Of a stretch of DNA of 64,000 bases, positions 24,185-35,190 are shown in pieces. The translations under genes were made by a program, and so were the position numbers. The DNA is from a bacterium (GTDB lineage Bacteria > Krumholzibacteriota > Krumholzibacteriia > JACNKJ01), in assembly GCA_024231955.1 (NCBI GenBank), contig JAAEPZ010000033.1, forward strand, positions 86,240 to 150,239, written 5' to 3'. The notes under the pieces were generated by a model. The model did not search any database, was not told the origin of the DNA, and saw nothing but the letters and a program-made list of their open reading frames with translations. How positions within the stretch are numbered: the stretch's first letter is position 1; each line of letters starts with the position of its first letter.

Positions 24185-25582
24185 TCAGCGGAACCTCACT
24201 TTCAGTTCACCCCAGTCGGTCGGCTCGGTCGGCGTGATGTCGTTCTCGATTCGGGTCTGCAGAACGTCCGCAGTCTGGCCGGCTATGTTCTCCAGGTCCA
24301 GGTTGCTCCTGATATCCGAGACCAGGCGCGCCAGCTCCGGATTGCCCACCTCCTCCAATTCGGCCATAACCCCCAACAGCGCCTCCTGCATCTCGCCGGT
24401 GATGGTGAAGTCCGCGCCCGTGTTGTCGACCAGGGCCGCGAATGCGGGCAGCCACAACTCCCAGACCTCGGCGACGCGGTGGATCGTGGTGGGTTTCTGC
24501 AGGATCGCGGTCATGGTCGCCACCGATTGGTCCTCGTAGAGCTGTATGCAGTAATCGCCCGACGCTGTTCCCAGCAGGATCTCATCGCGATAGCGCCGCA
24601 GGGTTTCGAAATCGTTAGCGGGATCTATCGCGATCCTGGGTGCGGCCGGCGGCTCGGACGGGGGTGGAGGTTCCTCGTCCGGGCAAGTGAGTCCGCAATC
24701 GAGTGGCGCGAAGCAGTCGGTTGTCCCCAGTACGGCCAGGGCATAACTGATGTAGCATGACAAACACCGGGAGAGATCGGGAGTGACTACAATACTGCCT
24801 GCAGCGAAATCGACACTGGTGAGCACACGCCCACGTCCCTGATTCAGGATCTGCATTTCGAGGAGAGCGTAGGTCTCGCCTTCCGGTATGGAGGCGGTGA
24901 CGATTTCGAAAGTCTGTCTCGGGTTGTCGGTGAACGTCAGGGTGTAGAGCCCCGTTTCGGTATTGGTCATGATGTTGACGGGGCCACCGCCCTCCGGCAG
25001 CTCATCCACCACCACGTCGACGGCGAGGATCACATCGGGCTCCACCGCCACCACGATCCGTCCGAAGGGGTCAAGCGGGGCGCCGTCCTCCAACTCGAAG
25101 TGGGCGGTCAGGGATTCAGTATCGTTGTCGATGATCACTACCACCGACGAGGCGATGCTGCCGATCCTGTACCTCTGATCGCCATGCTGGATGTACAGGT
25201 TGATGGTCTCCATCTCCTCGATCTCCGTATCGCCGAAGATCTGGATATCGGCGTAGACGACAGCCGCCCCCCCCGGCTCGAAGGTCGCCGTGGACATGCC
25301 GCCCAGGAAATCCAGGCCCATGGTCGCGGTCCCCTCCTCGATGAAGATGTTGACGTTGAGCGTCTCGGCGGGCGGTTGGGAGATGACGAGCGGAACCGCC
25401 AGCGTCGTCGTGGCCTCGACGACGGACTGCAGGTGGGTGCCGAATCGGACCGAGGGGAGATCCTGCGCAACGACCTCATCCGGAACGGCAACGATCAGTG
25501 TGTTCAGAGCGACCGCCAGGATGAGGAGAATCGGGATGTTGCCGGCAATCCGCGGCAACAGGTTTTCAGTTACGTTCGGCAT
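24185..25582 (-). CDS. secreted Calx-beta domain protein with C-terminal WGxxKxxFR tail
   Basis: Signal-like hydrophobic stretch; 'GTATMGLDF...TFEPG...I.GD.E.EE.ETI.L...IIDND' Calx-beta; ends TPTEPTDWGELKVRFR. Confidence 0.8.
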   Translation of the reverse strand: MPNVTENLLPRIAGNIPILLILAVALNTLIVAVPDEVVAQDLPSVRFGTHLQSVVEATTTLAVPLVISQPPAETLNVNIFIEEGTATMGLDFLGGMSTATFEPGGAAVVYADIQIFGDTEIEEMETINLYIQHGDQRYRIGSIASSVVVIIDNDTESLTAHFELEDGAPLDPFGRIVVAVEPDVILAVDVVVDELPEGGGPVNIMTNTETGLYTLTFTDNPRQTFEIVTASIPEGETYALLEMQILNQGRGRVLTSVDFAAGSIVVTPDLSRCLSCYISYALAVLGTTDCFAPLDCGLTCPDEEPPPPSEPPAAPRIAIDPANDFETLRRYRDEILLGTASGDYCIQLYEDQSVATMTAILQKPTTIHRVAEVWELWLPAFAALVDNTGADFTITGEMQEALLGVMAELEEVGNPELARLVSDIRSNLDLENIAGQTADVLQTRIENDITPTEPTDWGELKVRFR

Positions 25583-25825
25583 GCCATCTCCCTGATTGTA
25601 TTCGTTGGTGGAACCGAATGCGATCTCATCGATCAGGAGAGGTGATGGGCTGAGATGCTGATTGGACATGTATCGACATTGAGGACACCAACCTGATCAG
25701 CGATCACTGATGACGGGCATTGATGAGTATTCAATGTCCATCCAATTATAATGAATATATTGATTCTAACCTCGCAAAACCCATTGTCAAACAGCCTGCC
25801 GCCTCCGACGGATTGGATCGGGAAA

Positions 25826-25854
25826 AAGCCGTTCGACTCTCTGGTCGAACGGCT
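25826..25854 (-). terminator. probable terminator
   Basis: AAGCCGTTCGAC / GTCGAACGGCTT stem with a T run on the minus strand. Confidence 0.6.
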
Positions 25855-25904
25855 TCAACTCTCAAACAGTGCTGCATCTCGCAATCCTCAATGAACGCCC
25901 CGGC

Positions 25905-26981
25905 TCAGTTCCGCAGAACCGTGAACGATTGCCAGCAGTCGTTATCGGAGGGCTTATACATCACATGCACATCCTGTATCTGGTCCTCCGCGACGACCGC
26001 GGCCAAAGTCGCGCCCTCGACCGCTTGCGAATACCCGCTCTCCCCGAACGGATTGATCGTCCGCACCTTGTAGTAGTAGGTCTTCGCATCGGACCTGACG
26101 GAGGTTGCGAAACTGTAGTCCTCGTCCTCTCCGTTGTCGCCTCTGCCGCCGGGATAGGGGTTTTCAGTCATCCAACCCAGGCAGGTTCCGTCGTAGCCCC
26201 CCCCGACATTCCCCTGCATCCGGTACGTATGAAGCACGCCCGAGTTGACCGGAACCGGTGTCGTGAGGGTATAGGTAATCCAGTCCATCCAGGGACCGCC
26301 GCTGACATCCTCAGAATACAGAACCGCGCCGCTCTCCCCCTCACCTTCGTAGATGGTGAACGCGAAGGTGGCGCCGATAGCTTCCCGAGCAAAGAACATG
26401 CGGATACTCTCCAGATAGTGCGCACCGATATCCGTGTCGGTGAACGTCAGATCGGCGCCTTCGTAAATCAGATCGGTGAAGTCTCCGTCGAGCAATACAT
26501 CCCGATACACCTGATAAACCGTGACCTCCGGAGACCCGACCCAACTGAGCGCCAGCGAGTTTCTGGTTTCATTGCCGACGACGAGATCCGTGGGCGTTTC
26601 CGGAGGGGAGCCCACCGTGAGCAGGGTGCTGCCGTCGATGTCGCCCAAAGAGGCCGTGATAGTCGAGGTACCCGTGTCGAGAGCTGTCGCCAGGCCGATG
26701 CTGCCCTCGGTATTGTCGATGGTCCCGGCAAGCGTGTTCGAGGATACCCAGGTCGCCTGCGTCGTCAGATCCTGCGCGCTGTCGTCACTGTAGTGACCGG
26801 TCGCGGCGAACTGCCTTGTCGTCCCCGCCGCCACAAACGGATTGGCGGGAGTTACCTCTATCGTCTCCAGTACGACGGTGTTATCGTCGTCGGAATCCGT
26901 CGGGTTGCATGCCGCCAGCGACATCCCGATCAAGATCAGACCGACCGTCGCCAACCAGCGGCCATAATTGTTCATCCTCAC
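25905..26981 (-). CDS. lipoprotein with Big_2 Ig domain and an FN3 domain interrupted by an inserted domain
   Basis: Lipobox LAAC; 'IEVTP....AAGTTRQFAATGHYSD...ATWVSSN' Big_2; FN3 strands split by a ~110 aa insert. Confidence 0.82.
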   Translation of the reverse strand: MRMNNYGRWLATVGLILIGMSLAACNPTDSDDDNTVVLETIEVTPANPFVAAGTTRQFAATGHYSDDSAQDLTTQATWVSSNTLAGTIDNTEGSIGLATALDTGTSTITASLGDIDGSTLLTVGSPPETPTDLVVGNETRNSLALSWVGSPEVTVYQVYRDVLLDGDFTDLIYEGADLTFTDTDIGAHYLESIRMFFAREAIGATFAFTIYEGEGESGAVLYSEDVSGGPWMDWITYTLTTPVPVNSGVLHTYRMQGNVGGGYDGTCLGWMTENPYPGGRGDNGEDEDYSFATSVRSDAKTYYYKVRTINPFGESGYSQAVEGATLAAVVAEDQIQDVHVMYKPSDNDCWQSFTVLRN

Positions 26982-27251
26982 GATTATCCCCTTCAGGTTG
27001 TTGGAAGCAAGACTGTTGCGGTCAGGATATTGATCCCGAGCGGGAACGTCAATCCGAATGGGAACCTGCGGACAGGATGTGTCCGGATGGAGAAACGGCG
27101 GGCGGAAGCCGGTGGCACCCCTCCCCCGGTTCGGTGAGGACAGAGATGTCGATATCAGTTCCCACAGATGGATCGGGAAAGTGTATAATGGCGGGAGGTA
27201 TCGCCCGGATTCGGGCTGTTCAAGCCCTCAATCAGCAAAGGTCCAGCACCC

Positions 27252-28091
27252 ATGATCAAGCATCTTTTGCACCTGCTCATCGTCATTGCCCTGATCCCCA
27301 CGTTATCACTCGCCGCCGACGTGGAGTACAGCACCACCGGCGTCATGGATACCCCCGCCACCCTGGGGGGAGATCGCGACGGCTGGGGCACCGATTTCGT
27401 CACCCGCTGGGACAACACGACGGGGCACGATGTGGTCATCGACGAGTTCGGCTGGCCCTGCGGCGGCTGGTGGGCGCAGTTCTGGATGGTCTGGATCCGC
27501 GACACCCTGCCGGAGAACCCCTGGACGCTGGAGCACTACGGAACGTTCGTCGCGGCCAGCGAGGACGACACCGAATGGCCCCCCAGCCTCTACACCTACA
27601 TCGACATGAGCGAGGAGCAGATCGTCATCCCGGCAGGCGCCAGCATGTACTTCGGTTACGGCAACCCCGGCATGGGCGGGCAGATCGGCTTCAACGGCGT
27701 CGAGACCTGGTCCTGGCTCAACGATGCCTGGGACATGGACGGGGGCTTCGGCCGCACGGCGGTGATGCAGTTCAAGGGGACGTTCGCGACGACCTCGGTC
27801 GATGAAACACCTGCGCCGATCACAGCGCTGAGCAACTATCCCAACCCGTTCAACCCCGCCACCACCATCGCCTTCTCGCTGCCCCGGGACATGACCGTGG
27901 ACCTCGCCGTGTACTCCTTGCGGGGACGTCTCGTGCGGCGCTTACTGCAAGGCGCCGTGAGCGCGGGCACACGGCAGGCGACCTGGAACGGGACCGATGG
28001 GCAGGGCCACGCAATGCCGTCGGGAATCTACATGGTCAGGTTGATGACGGAGGATGGCGTCGACGTCCGCAAGATCGTGCTGGCGAAGTAA
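27252..28091 (+). CDS. secreted protein with C-terminal FlgD-Ig/T9SS-like domain
   Basis: Signal peptide; NYPNPFNPATTIAFSL...VYSLRGRLVRRL...WNGTD..G..MPSGIY...KIVLAK. Confidence 0.88.
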   Translation: MIKHLLHLLIVIALIPTLSLAADVEYSTTGVMDTPATLGGDRDGWGTDFVTRWDNTTGHDVVIDEFGWPCGGWWAQFWMVWIRDTLPENPWTLEHYGTFVAASEDDTEWPPSLYTYIDMSEEQIVIPAGASMYFGYGNPGMGGQIGFNGVETWSWLNDAWDMDGGFGRTAVMQFKGTFATTSVDETPAPITALSNYPNPFNPATTIAFSLPRDMTVDLAVYSLRGRLVRRLLQGAVSAGTRQATWNGTDGQGHAMPSGIYMVRLMTEDGVDVRKIVLAK

Positions 28092-28197
28092 TGTGACTTT
28101 GTTCTCGAGGCGGTGCTCCTCAAAGAGGCTCTACCCGCATTCCGCCGGCAAGACGCCCTCATAGCGACACCGTCGAGGACTAACGCCAGGTAAAGTG

Positions 28198-28227
28198 AAA
28201 CCCCGCGGCCGATAGGCCGCGGGGTTT
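28198..28227. terminator. bidirectional terminator
   Basis: AAACCCCGCGGCC-GATA-GGCCGCGGGGTTT between convergent genes. Confidence 0.85.
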
Positions 28228-28265
28228 AATCGTATACCCATCCGGGGCGACGAACGCCTCTCCCC

Positions 28266-31200
28266 CTACTTCAACAACGTCATCCTCTGCGTGGCGGAGA
28301 ACTCTCCCGCCTCCAGGCGGCAAAGGTAGACGCCCGAGGCCACGCGATTGCCCGCGTCACCCCGCCCGTGCCAGTCGACCTCGTGAGCTCCCCCCGGCAG
28401 AACCTCGCCGCCGCGCAGCGTGCGGATGAGGCGGCCGGACAGGTCAAAGATCCGCAGATCCACAACGGCCGACTCCGGCAGGTCGAAGCGGATCGTCGTC
28501 TTCGGGTTGAAGGGGTTGGGCACGTTGGCGTGCAGCACGAACGCCGCCGGCAGGGCCGGCGGCACGGCCGTCGGGCTCTGCAGGACGGCGGCGTCGCTCT
28601 CGTTGCCTGAGAAATCCGTGGCCGTGAGGTGGAAGTAGGCATGGTGATGGGCCGCCACATCCATCTCCAGAGTGGTGGTGTGGCCGATCAGGATCGACGC
28701 CTCTCCCAGGTCCGCCCAATCGGAACCGTAGACGCTGAAGTAGCTGAAGTCAGTGGCCAGGCAGACCTCCCAGCCCAGCATGTCCTCGGTGGCAAAGACG
28801 AATCCGGACGGCATCGGGGGCGCCAGGTTGTCCACCGAATAGCCGCTGTCGGGCGGACAGTCGGCGAACACGAAGGGATCGGACGTGGCGGTCCTGATCA
28901 TGTACGCCGACCAGCACATGCTGTCCTCGGCCGTGGAGTCGCAGAACGTCGGCGTCACATATTGATAGACCTCGTCGCCGAAGGTGGGCACCCAGGCGAG
29001 GAAGTCCCAGCCCTCCATGCGGAAATACTCCTCCCCTTTATGAGCGGCCGGGGCTACGTGGCTCCCGGCTTCCCGGGTTCCATCGTCTACGCGTCCGTCC
29101 TGCCGCCGGAAGATCGCGTAGCCCGTGACCGCGATGTCGGTGCCGGGCTCGTCGAATGCCGATCGATGCCAGGTCAGGCGCAGGTTGCCGCCCTGGTCGG
29201 CGGGCACGTCCTCGATCGAGATGAAGTCCGCGAAGGTGCTGTAGGCCAGTTCCGTCGCGAAGGGCGAGCCGGCGAAGGCGGCGTCCAACGCCTGGACGCT
29301 GAAGTACCAGGTCCCGAAACCGGGATCAGGGAGCCACCAGCCGAATGGGTCGTTGACAGTCCCGAGGGCCGGCACCGTGGGCGTGCCGTCGGCCAGGGCG
29401 TGGGGTCGCATGATCTCCGCGCCGCCCGGCGTGCTGCCCACGCGCAGGCTGTAGTTCAGGCCGGGAGAGGGCGTCTCGCCGTCGCCGGCGGCGCTCCACT
29501 GGAGGCGGAGGCGGTCGCCGTCCACGTCCGCCGCGAGGCCGACGGGCGCCGCGGGCGGCGTGTTGGCGACGAGGCTGTTGTTGCGGAGGAGGGAGAACAG
29601 GCCATTCCCATCTACGTCATCGCCGATGATCAGGCAATCCAGGTCGCCGTCGCCGTCGTAGTCGCCCCAGTCCCCTTCACCCGTCCAACCGCCACCCAGA
29701 TCGGCTTGGATGTCGACGAAGACACCTGAATCGTTGCGGTAGACCCTGGAGACGTAGCTAGGTGGCGTCCAGTCACCCACGACCAGGATGTCCAGATCGC
29801 CGTCGTTGTCGTAGTCGCTCCAGTCCGCTTCGTAGCCACCTCTCAGTCCCGCGGAGACGTCGCTGAAGATCCCCGCATCGTTCTCGTAAATCGTGCTGCT
29901 GGAATCCTGTGTCAGCAAGATGTCGAGATCTCCATCGTTGTCGTAGTCTCCCCAGGCTCCGGAATTGGCGTGCGCCAACCCCGAGGCGGCGATGCTGAAG
30001 CTACCAGCTACGTTCTGATAGATCAGGCTTGGGCCCGCCAGGAGGATGTCCAGGTCGCCGTCGTTGTCGTAGTCGCCCCAGACCCCTACGTTGCCGGATT
30101 GCAGGCCCGCGGAGATGTCGCTGAAGACGCCGTCATCGTTCTCGTAGATAGAGCTGCCGATACTTGGACGCGCTTCGAGGATGTCCAGATCGCCGTCGTT
30201 GTCGTAGTCCCCCCAGGCTTGGGATGATGTAGCATGAACCGGCAGCCCGGCCTCGATGTCCGTGAAGACGCCGGCATCATTGCGGTAGATTCGCGTGATA
30301 AAGCCGAAGTCCGAACTGTAGCCATGCAACAGGATGTCCAGGTCGCCATCGTTGTCGTAGTCCCCCCAGGCCACGGAACTATTGTTAACCCCGATCAAGT
30401 CGGCCTCGATGTCGACGAAGGTGCCATCGTCGTTGCGGTAGATTCGAGTGACTCGAAAGATTGGCGGTACCGCAAAGCCGGTCAGGAGAACGTCCAGGTC
30501 GCCATCGTTGTCGTAGTCCCCCCAGGCCGCGGAGCACTGTTTGACACCTAGCATGGGGGTCGGAATCTCCGTGAACGCCGCCCGGCCGACCAGGAACTGG
30601 CCGAAGCCGGACAGGCCGGCAAAGGTCGCGGCATCGCCGCCGGCGTCGGCGGCCACAGCCGGGCCGAGATGGCTCCAGTAGCCCGTCGAGTTGGCCGGTC
30701 GCTCGTAGAGGCGGAGGCGCGAGGGCTCCACCTCCTCCTCCGCTCCGATGTCCTCGCTCAGCGTGAACTCCAGGTCGACCGTGAAGCTGCCCGAACCGTA
30801 CTTTTCGACTACCCAGTGCTGGCCGTCGAGGGGCTCGTGAATCTGAGCGAGATTCGGCGCCAGGTCGATGCGCGTGGCCACGACCGTGTCCACGCCGGTC
30901 TTCGTCGTGAAGTCCATGCTCAGGGACGCGGGGGAAAAGTCGAACACGCCCGTCGCGTCGACGATCCACGTCGCGCTTTCGCCCGCGCCCACCACCGCCG
31001 TGGAGGGGTACCACTCGTCGCCCTGCATGTTCGTCAGGACGCCGTCGTGGCCGCCGACGACATCGGCCGCGACCAGGCCGCCGCCCTCGTTGAACTGCCA
31101 GTAGGAGATCAGCCCCGTCTCGCCGCCCGTCAGCGTCAGGTGCATGTTTTCCCGAATCTCCTGCGCGGAGCGTTCCACGTTCCAGAGCCGCACTTCCTCG

Positions 31201-31760
31201 ATATGGCCAAGGAAGGGCCTTTCCTGCGTGTGAAGGTGGTTGCCGATGCAGAGCGGCCAATCCAGGTCGAGGGGCTCCAAGGCCATCTCCGAATCCATGA
31301 GATGCCCGTCGATGTAGAGCCGAGTCTCGCCGCTGGCCGTCGAGTAGCTGCCGGCCACGTGATGCCAGGAATTGTCGCGAAGGTCCGTGCCCGTGGCCCC
31401 CAAAAAGATAGGGGATGAGTCTGGCACGACGGTGAATCTAAGACGCCCATTCGTTCCGATATGGAAGGATATCTGGGAGGGAGGGGTCTCGAAGTATCTC
31501 GCGAGAATCATTCCGACAAACGTTTCGTCGGGCACCCCGGATCCCACCCAGACCCAGGCCTCGATCGTCATGGCGTCGCTGATGCCCGTGCTGCCGCTTT
31601 CGCCGCAGACGACGCGCTGTCCGGCGATGCCGTCGAACAGCAGGTTGTGTCCCGGAAAGCCGTCCTGGGCGAGGGTGGTTTCGGACGCCAGCAGAAAGAG
31701 CGCCAGCAGAAAAAGCGTACTCAATATGGAAGTCCTGTTCGAACATCGCTTGCGATTCAT
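28266..31760 (-). CDS. secreted LamG + FG-GAP/VCBS repeat + FN3 + FlgD-Ig protein
   Basis: Signal peptide; LamG (TIEAWV, WHHVA, IEEVRLWN); ~7 'WGDYDNDGDLDIL' repeats; NVPNPFNP C-terminal domain. Confidence 0.9.
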   Translation of the reverse strand: MNRKRCSNRTSILSTLFLLALFLLASETTLAQDGFPGHNLLFDGIAGQRVVCGESGSTGISDAMTIEAWVWVGSGVPDETFVGMILARYFETPPSQISFHIGTNGRLRFTVVPDSSPIFLGATGTDLRDNSWHHVAGSYSTASGETRLYIDGHLMDSEMALEPLDLDWPLCIGNHLHTQERPFLGHIEEVRLWNVERSAQEIRENMHLTLTGGETGLISYWQFNEGGGLVAADVVGGHDGVLTNMQGDEWYPSTAVVGAGESATWIVDATGVFDFSPASLSMDFTTKTGVDTVVATRIDLAPNLAQIHEPLDGQHWVVEKYGSGSFTVDLEFTLSEDIGAEEEVEPSRLRLYERPANSTGYWSHLGPAVAADAGGDAATFAGLSGFGQFLVGRAAFTEIPTPMLGVKQCSAAWGDYDNDGDLDVLLTGFAVPPIFRVTRIYRNDDGTFVDIEADLIGVNNSSVAWGDYDNDGDLDILLHGYSSDFGFITRIYRNDAGVFTDIEAGLPVHATSSQAWGDYDNDGDLDILEARPSIGSSIYENDDGVFSDISAGLQSGNVGVWGDYDNDGDLDILLAGPSLIYQNVAGSFSIAASGLAHANSGAWGDYDNDGDLDILLTQDSSSTIYENDAGIFSDVSAGLRGGYEADWSDYDNDGDLDILVVGDWTPPSYVSRVYRNDSGVFVDIQADLGGGWTGEGDWGDYDGDGDLDCLIIGDDVDGNGLFSLLRNNSLVANTPPAAPVGLAADVDGDRLRLQWSAAGDGETPSPGLNYSLRVGSTPGGAEIMRPHALADGTPTVPALGTVNDPFGWWLPDPGFGTWYFSVQALDAAFAGSPFATELAYSTFADFISIEDVPADQGGNLRLTWHRSAFDEPGTDIAVTGYAIFRRQDGRVDDGTREAGSHVAPAAHKGEEYFRMEGWDFLAWVPTFGDEVYQYVTPTFCDSTAEDSMCWSAYMIRTATSDPFVFADCPPDSGYSVDNLAPPMPSGFVFATEDMLGWEVCLATDFSYFSVYGSDWADLGEASILIGHTTTLEMDVAAHHHAYFHLTATDFSGNESDAAVLQSPTAVPPALPAAFVLHANVPNPFNPKTTIRFDLPESAVVDLRIFDLSGRLIRTLRGGEVLPGGAHEVDWHGRGDAGNRVASGVYLCRLEAGEFSATQRMTLLK

Positions 31761-31855
31761 CTCGGGGTCCTTTCGCTTGGGTCGAAGGCTCGTAGCTGTC
31801 GTTCCCTGTTCTCAACTTCAATAACGTCTTCTTCTCGACTGCGTCGTCGAACGGC

Positions 31856-32446
31856 TCACTTGAGAAGCGTCATCCTCTGCGTGGCCGTGAAGTCCCCCGC
31901 CTCCAGGCGGCAGAGGTAGATGCCCGAGGCCACGTTCCAGAGCCGCACCTCCTCGATATGGCCGATGAAGGATGCATTCCCGGGTGACGAGATGTTGCCG
32001 ATGTTCATGGGCCATTCGGGCTCGAGCGTCCCCGTGGACGAACCGCCGGCTTCGAGACGCCCGTCGATGTAGAGGTGGACCTCGCCCGAGAGGGCGGACC
32101 GCGTGACCGCCACGTGGTGCCATTGGTCGTCGCGCAGGTCGACGTCCTCGACGTAGATGTCATCCGCGACACCGACATCGTTGTAGTGGAGACGTCCGTG
32201 GGAGAGGATCATGAAGTAGAAGAGGTCGGCATTGGGCCCGCTGCCGAAAAAGACACCCGCGCTCGTGAGGTCGGGAATGCCGGAGGACACCCAGACCCAG
32301 GCCTCGATGGTCATCGTGCCGTCGATCCCCGCGCCGCCCGAAGCGCCGCAGACGACACGCTCGCCCACGCTCCCGTCGAACACCAGGTTGTGGCCCGGAA
32401 AGCCGTCCTGAGCGGAAACGAACCCAGGTAGAATAGGAATAATCAT
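31856..32446 (-). pseudogene. internally deleted paralog of 28266-31760 (LamG joined to the last ~24 aa)
   Basis: Shares QDGFPGHNL.FDG N-terminus and ASG.YLCRLEAG.F.ATQRMTLLK C-terminus; junction at CGTGG microhomology; in-frame stop in the presumed signal-peptide region. Confidence 0.75.
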
Positions 32447-32636
32447 TAAGATCGTTGCCCAGAATTAGTATCTGAAACCCTTGCCGTTCGTTCGCTGCTT
32501 ACAAGAATTTCGACACCTCCTCCTCACCCGCTTGTGGAGTTGGCTTCGTGCGCGCAAACAGTTTATTGGAATGGTGGCTGTGTTTCAATCAGAAAACGAC
32601 ATGACGGGCAAGTCCGGAACAGGTTGAACCGTCGAA

Positions 32637-33467
<831 letters not shown>

Positions 33468-33679
33468 GGCCGGACTCTAGGACAAGTCGCCGCCGGCGTC
33501 CAGTGCATCTACGCCTGTGTCCTCGAATATGGGGCATACCACATCAATCGCCCGTCTTGCGGCTTACCCCGCAAGGCGGATGAGACGGCAGAAGACATAG
33601 TCCCATTCCGCTTTGTTGACGACATCGATCATGGTAGTCTGTTTTCGTGACGAGTGGACTCTATCCCGGGAGCAGGAAC

Positions 33680-34156
33680 ATGATAAAACGAATCCTGGTC
33701 GCGTATGCCTTGTCGGCGCTTCTCCTTGTCGCGTCCTGTGGAAAGAGCGCGGGACCCGGCGGACAGGCCGCTGACGGAACACCCGTGCCGTTCCAGAACA
33801 TCCTCAGCCAGTGCAGCTTCACGGTGAACGATCCGGCGACCTCCGTATACATGGACAGCACGACGTGGGGCCAGCTGTGGAGTCAGTATTGCGGCGCATA
33901 TGAGGTCCCGGCGGTTGACTTCGACAGCGAAATGGTCCTCGCCGTGTTTTATGGCGGGGGGAGTTACAGCGGATGTCAGAGCTGGGTGGAGGTCATCGTT
34001 TCCATAACGGCGACAGATGACCAGATCGTGGTCAACATAGGTCCGCTGGACGAGGATCAACTGGGCGCATGCGATGGTATGGCCTTCCCCATCCAGCTCG
34101 TCCGGATCGACAGGTCAGACCTACCCGTGGTCTTCACCGGTAACTTGCCTGAGTGA
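33680..34156 (+). CDS. lipoprotein with PrcB C-terminal-like domain
   Basis: Lipobox VASC; 'W.QLW....VPAVDFDSEMVLAVFYG...P.QLVRIDR'. Confidence 0.75.
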   Translation: MIKRILVAYALSALLLVASCGKSAGPGGQAADGTPVPFQNILSQCSFTVNDPATSVYMDSTTWGQLWSQYCGAYEVPAVDFDSEMVLAVFYGGGSYSGCQSWVEVIVSITATDDQIVVNIGPLDEDQLGACDGMAFPIQLVRIDRSDLPVVFTGNLPE

Positions 34157-34194
34157 CCTGATCCCGTCTTTGCCGGCTCCAAGATACGAAGAGA

Positions 34195-34353
34195 CCTCGA
34201 AGGCTCTCGCTCTCGGGGTTCCCCGTTAGGCCAAAGGCCGCCGGAATCCGGCGACCTTTTCTCTACTCGGCAGGCTCGCCAGACGTAACCGTCATTGTAA
34301 CCTTCACAGGGTTTGCACAATTTAGAACTGTCCAGCTATTTGGGAGGAGGTCA
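34195..34353 (-). repeat. att-like repeat copy 1 (tRNA-3' core + double hairpin) joined to an IS3-type terminus
   Basis: GCTCTCGCTCTCGGGGTT..AAAGGCCGCCGGAATCCGGCGACCT..GGCTC shared with 37218-37370 and 45796-45876; ends AACTGTCCAGCTAT..GGGAGGAGGTCA. Confidence 0.8.
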
Positions 34354-34481
34354 CATATGAGGTTATCCCCTAGAGGTGATAATAAGAAATGGATTGCTCA
34401 ACACCTCCGGCACCATGCAATCGTCCCCTGGCTCTAATCATCTGCCATCTCCATCGAACGCCCCCTCGTTTAAGGGTAAAC

Positions 34482-34516
34482 AAAAACCCCGCCACCTCTC
34501 GGCAGCGGGGCATTTT
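34482..34516 (-). terminator. terminator after the RRM gene
   Basis: CCCCGCTGCCGAGAGGTGGCGGGG followed by TTTTT on the minus strand. Confidence 0.7.
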
Positions 34517-34544
34517 CAGTCAACCCATGGGCTGACTGACTAAC

Positions 34545-34862
34545 CTACCAGCGGCCACCGCCGCCACCGCCGCCACCACCGCCGTAACCGCCACCGCCAC
34601 GGCCACCGCCGCCGCCACGAGGCTTGTCCTGGGCCTCGTTCACACGAAGAGCACGTCCGTCCATCTCCTTGCCGTCCAGGTTCTGGATCATGGTGGCAAG
34701 ATCGTTGTCATCGACTTCGATAAAACCGAAGCCACGGGGACGGCCCGTCTCGCGGTCCATGATCAGCGCAACGGAGTTAACCGTGCCATGCTGACCGAAC
34801 AGCTCTTTGATATCGTCTTCGGTCGCACTGAAGGGCAGGTTGCCCACGTAGATTTTCTTCAA
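34545..34862 (-). CDS. RRM RNA-binding protein with glycine-rich tail
   Basis: KIYVGNLPF (RNP2), RGFGFIE (RNP1), GRALRVNEA, poly-Gly tail; TTG start with AGGAG RBS. Confidence 0.95.
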   Translation of the reverse strand: MKKIYVGNLPFSATEDDIKELFGQHGTVNSVALIMDRETGRPRGFGFIEVDDNDLATMIQNLDGKEMDGRALRVNEAQDKPRGGGGGRGGGGYGGGGGGGGGGRW

Positions 34863-35190
34863 GGTCTTTTCTCCTAATGTCGGCGTTCCGACTAAACCAA
34901 GCGCTCAGGATCACCGGCTTCTTCCGGCTAAACCCCCTGCGCTATAAATTGGCCCGGCAATCTCTTTGATAGCCGAACCCCATCTCCCGAGAGTCGGGAG
35001 AATCTTGTGGCCCTCGGATTCATAAGCGAACCTGCGGGCAAAATCTATGTTTACACGGTCGTGGTTGTTTACAGCTAACGACCGACGTAAACGTTTTCTG
35101 AAATTCTGAGAGGATCTCGGCAGTGTACCAACTGGCACCTACTTCCGCCTACTCTGGCCTTCCAGGCGTTATCCGTGCCTTTGGGGCTGC

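Noticed and set aside
29640-30530. Regular GTCGTTGTCGTAGTC repeats resembling a CRISPR array
   Set aside because: They are FG-GAP (DYDND) codons inside a CDS, with ~120-170 bp spacing and no cas genes.
34545-34620. CCG/CCA tandem repeat
   Set aside because: It encodes the Gly-rich tail of the RRM protein.
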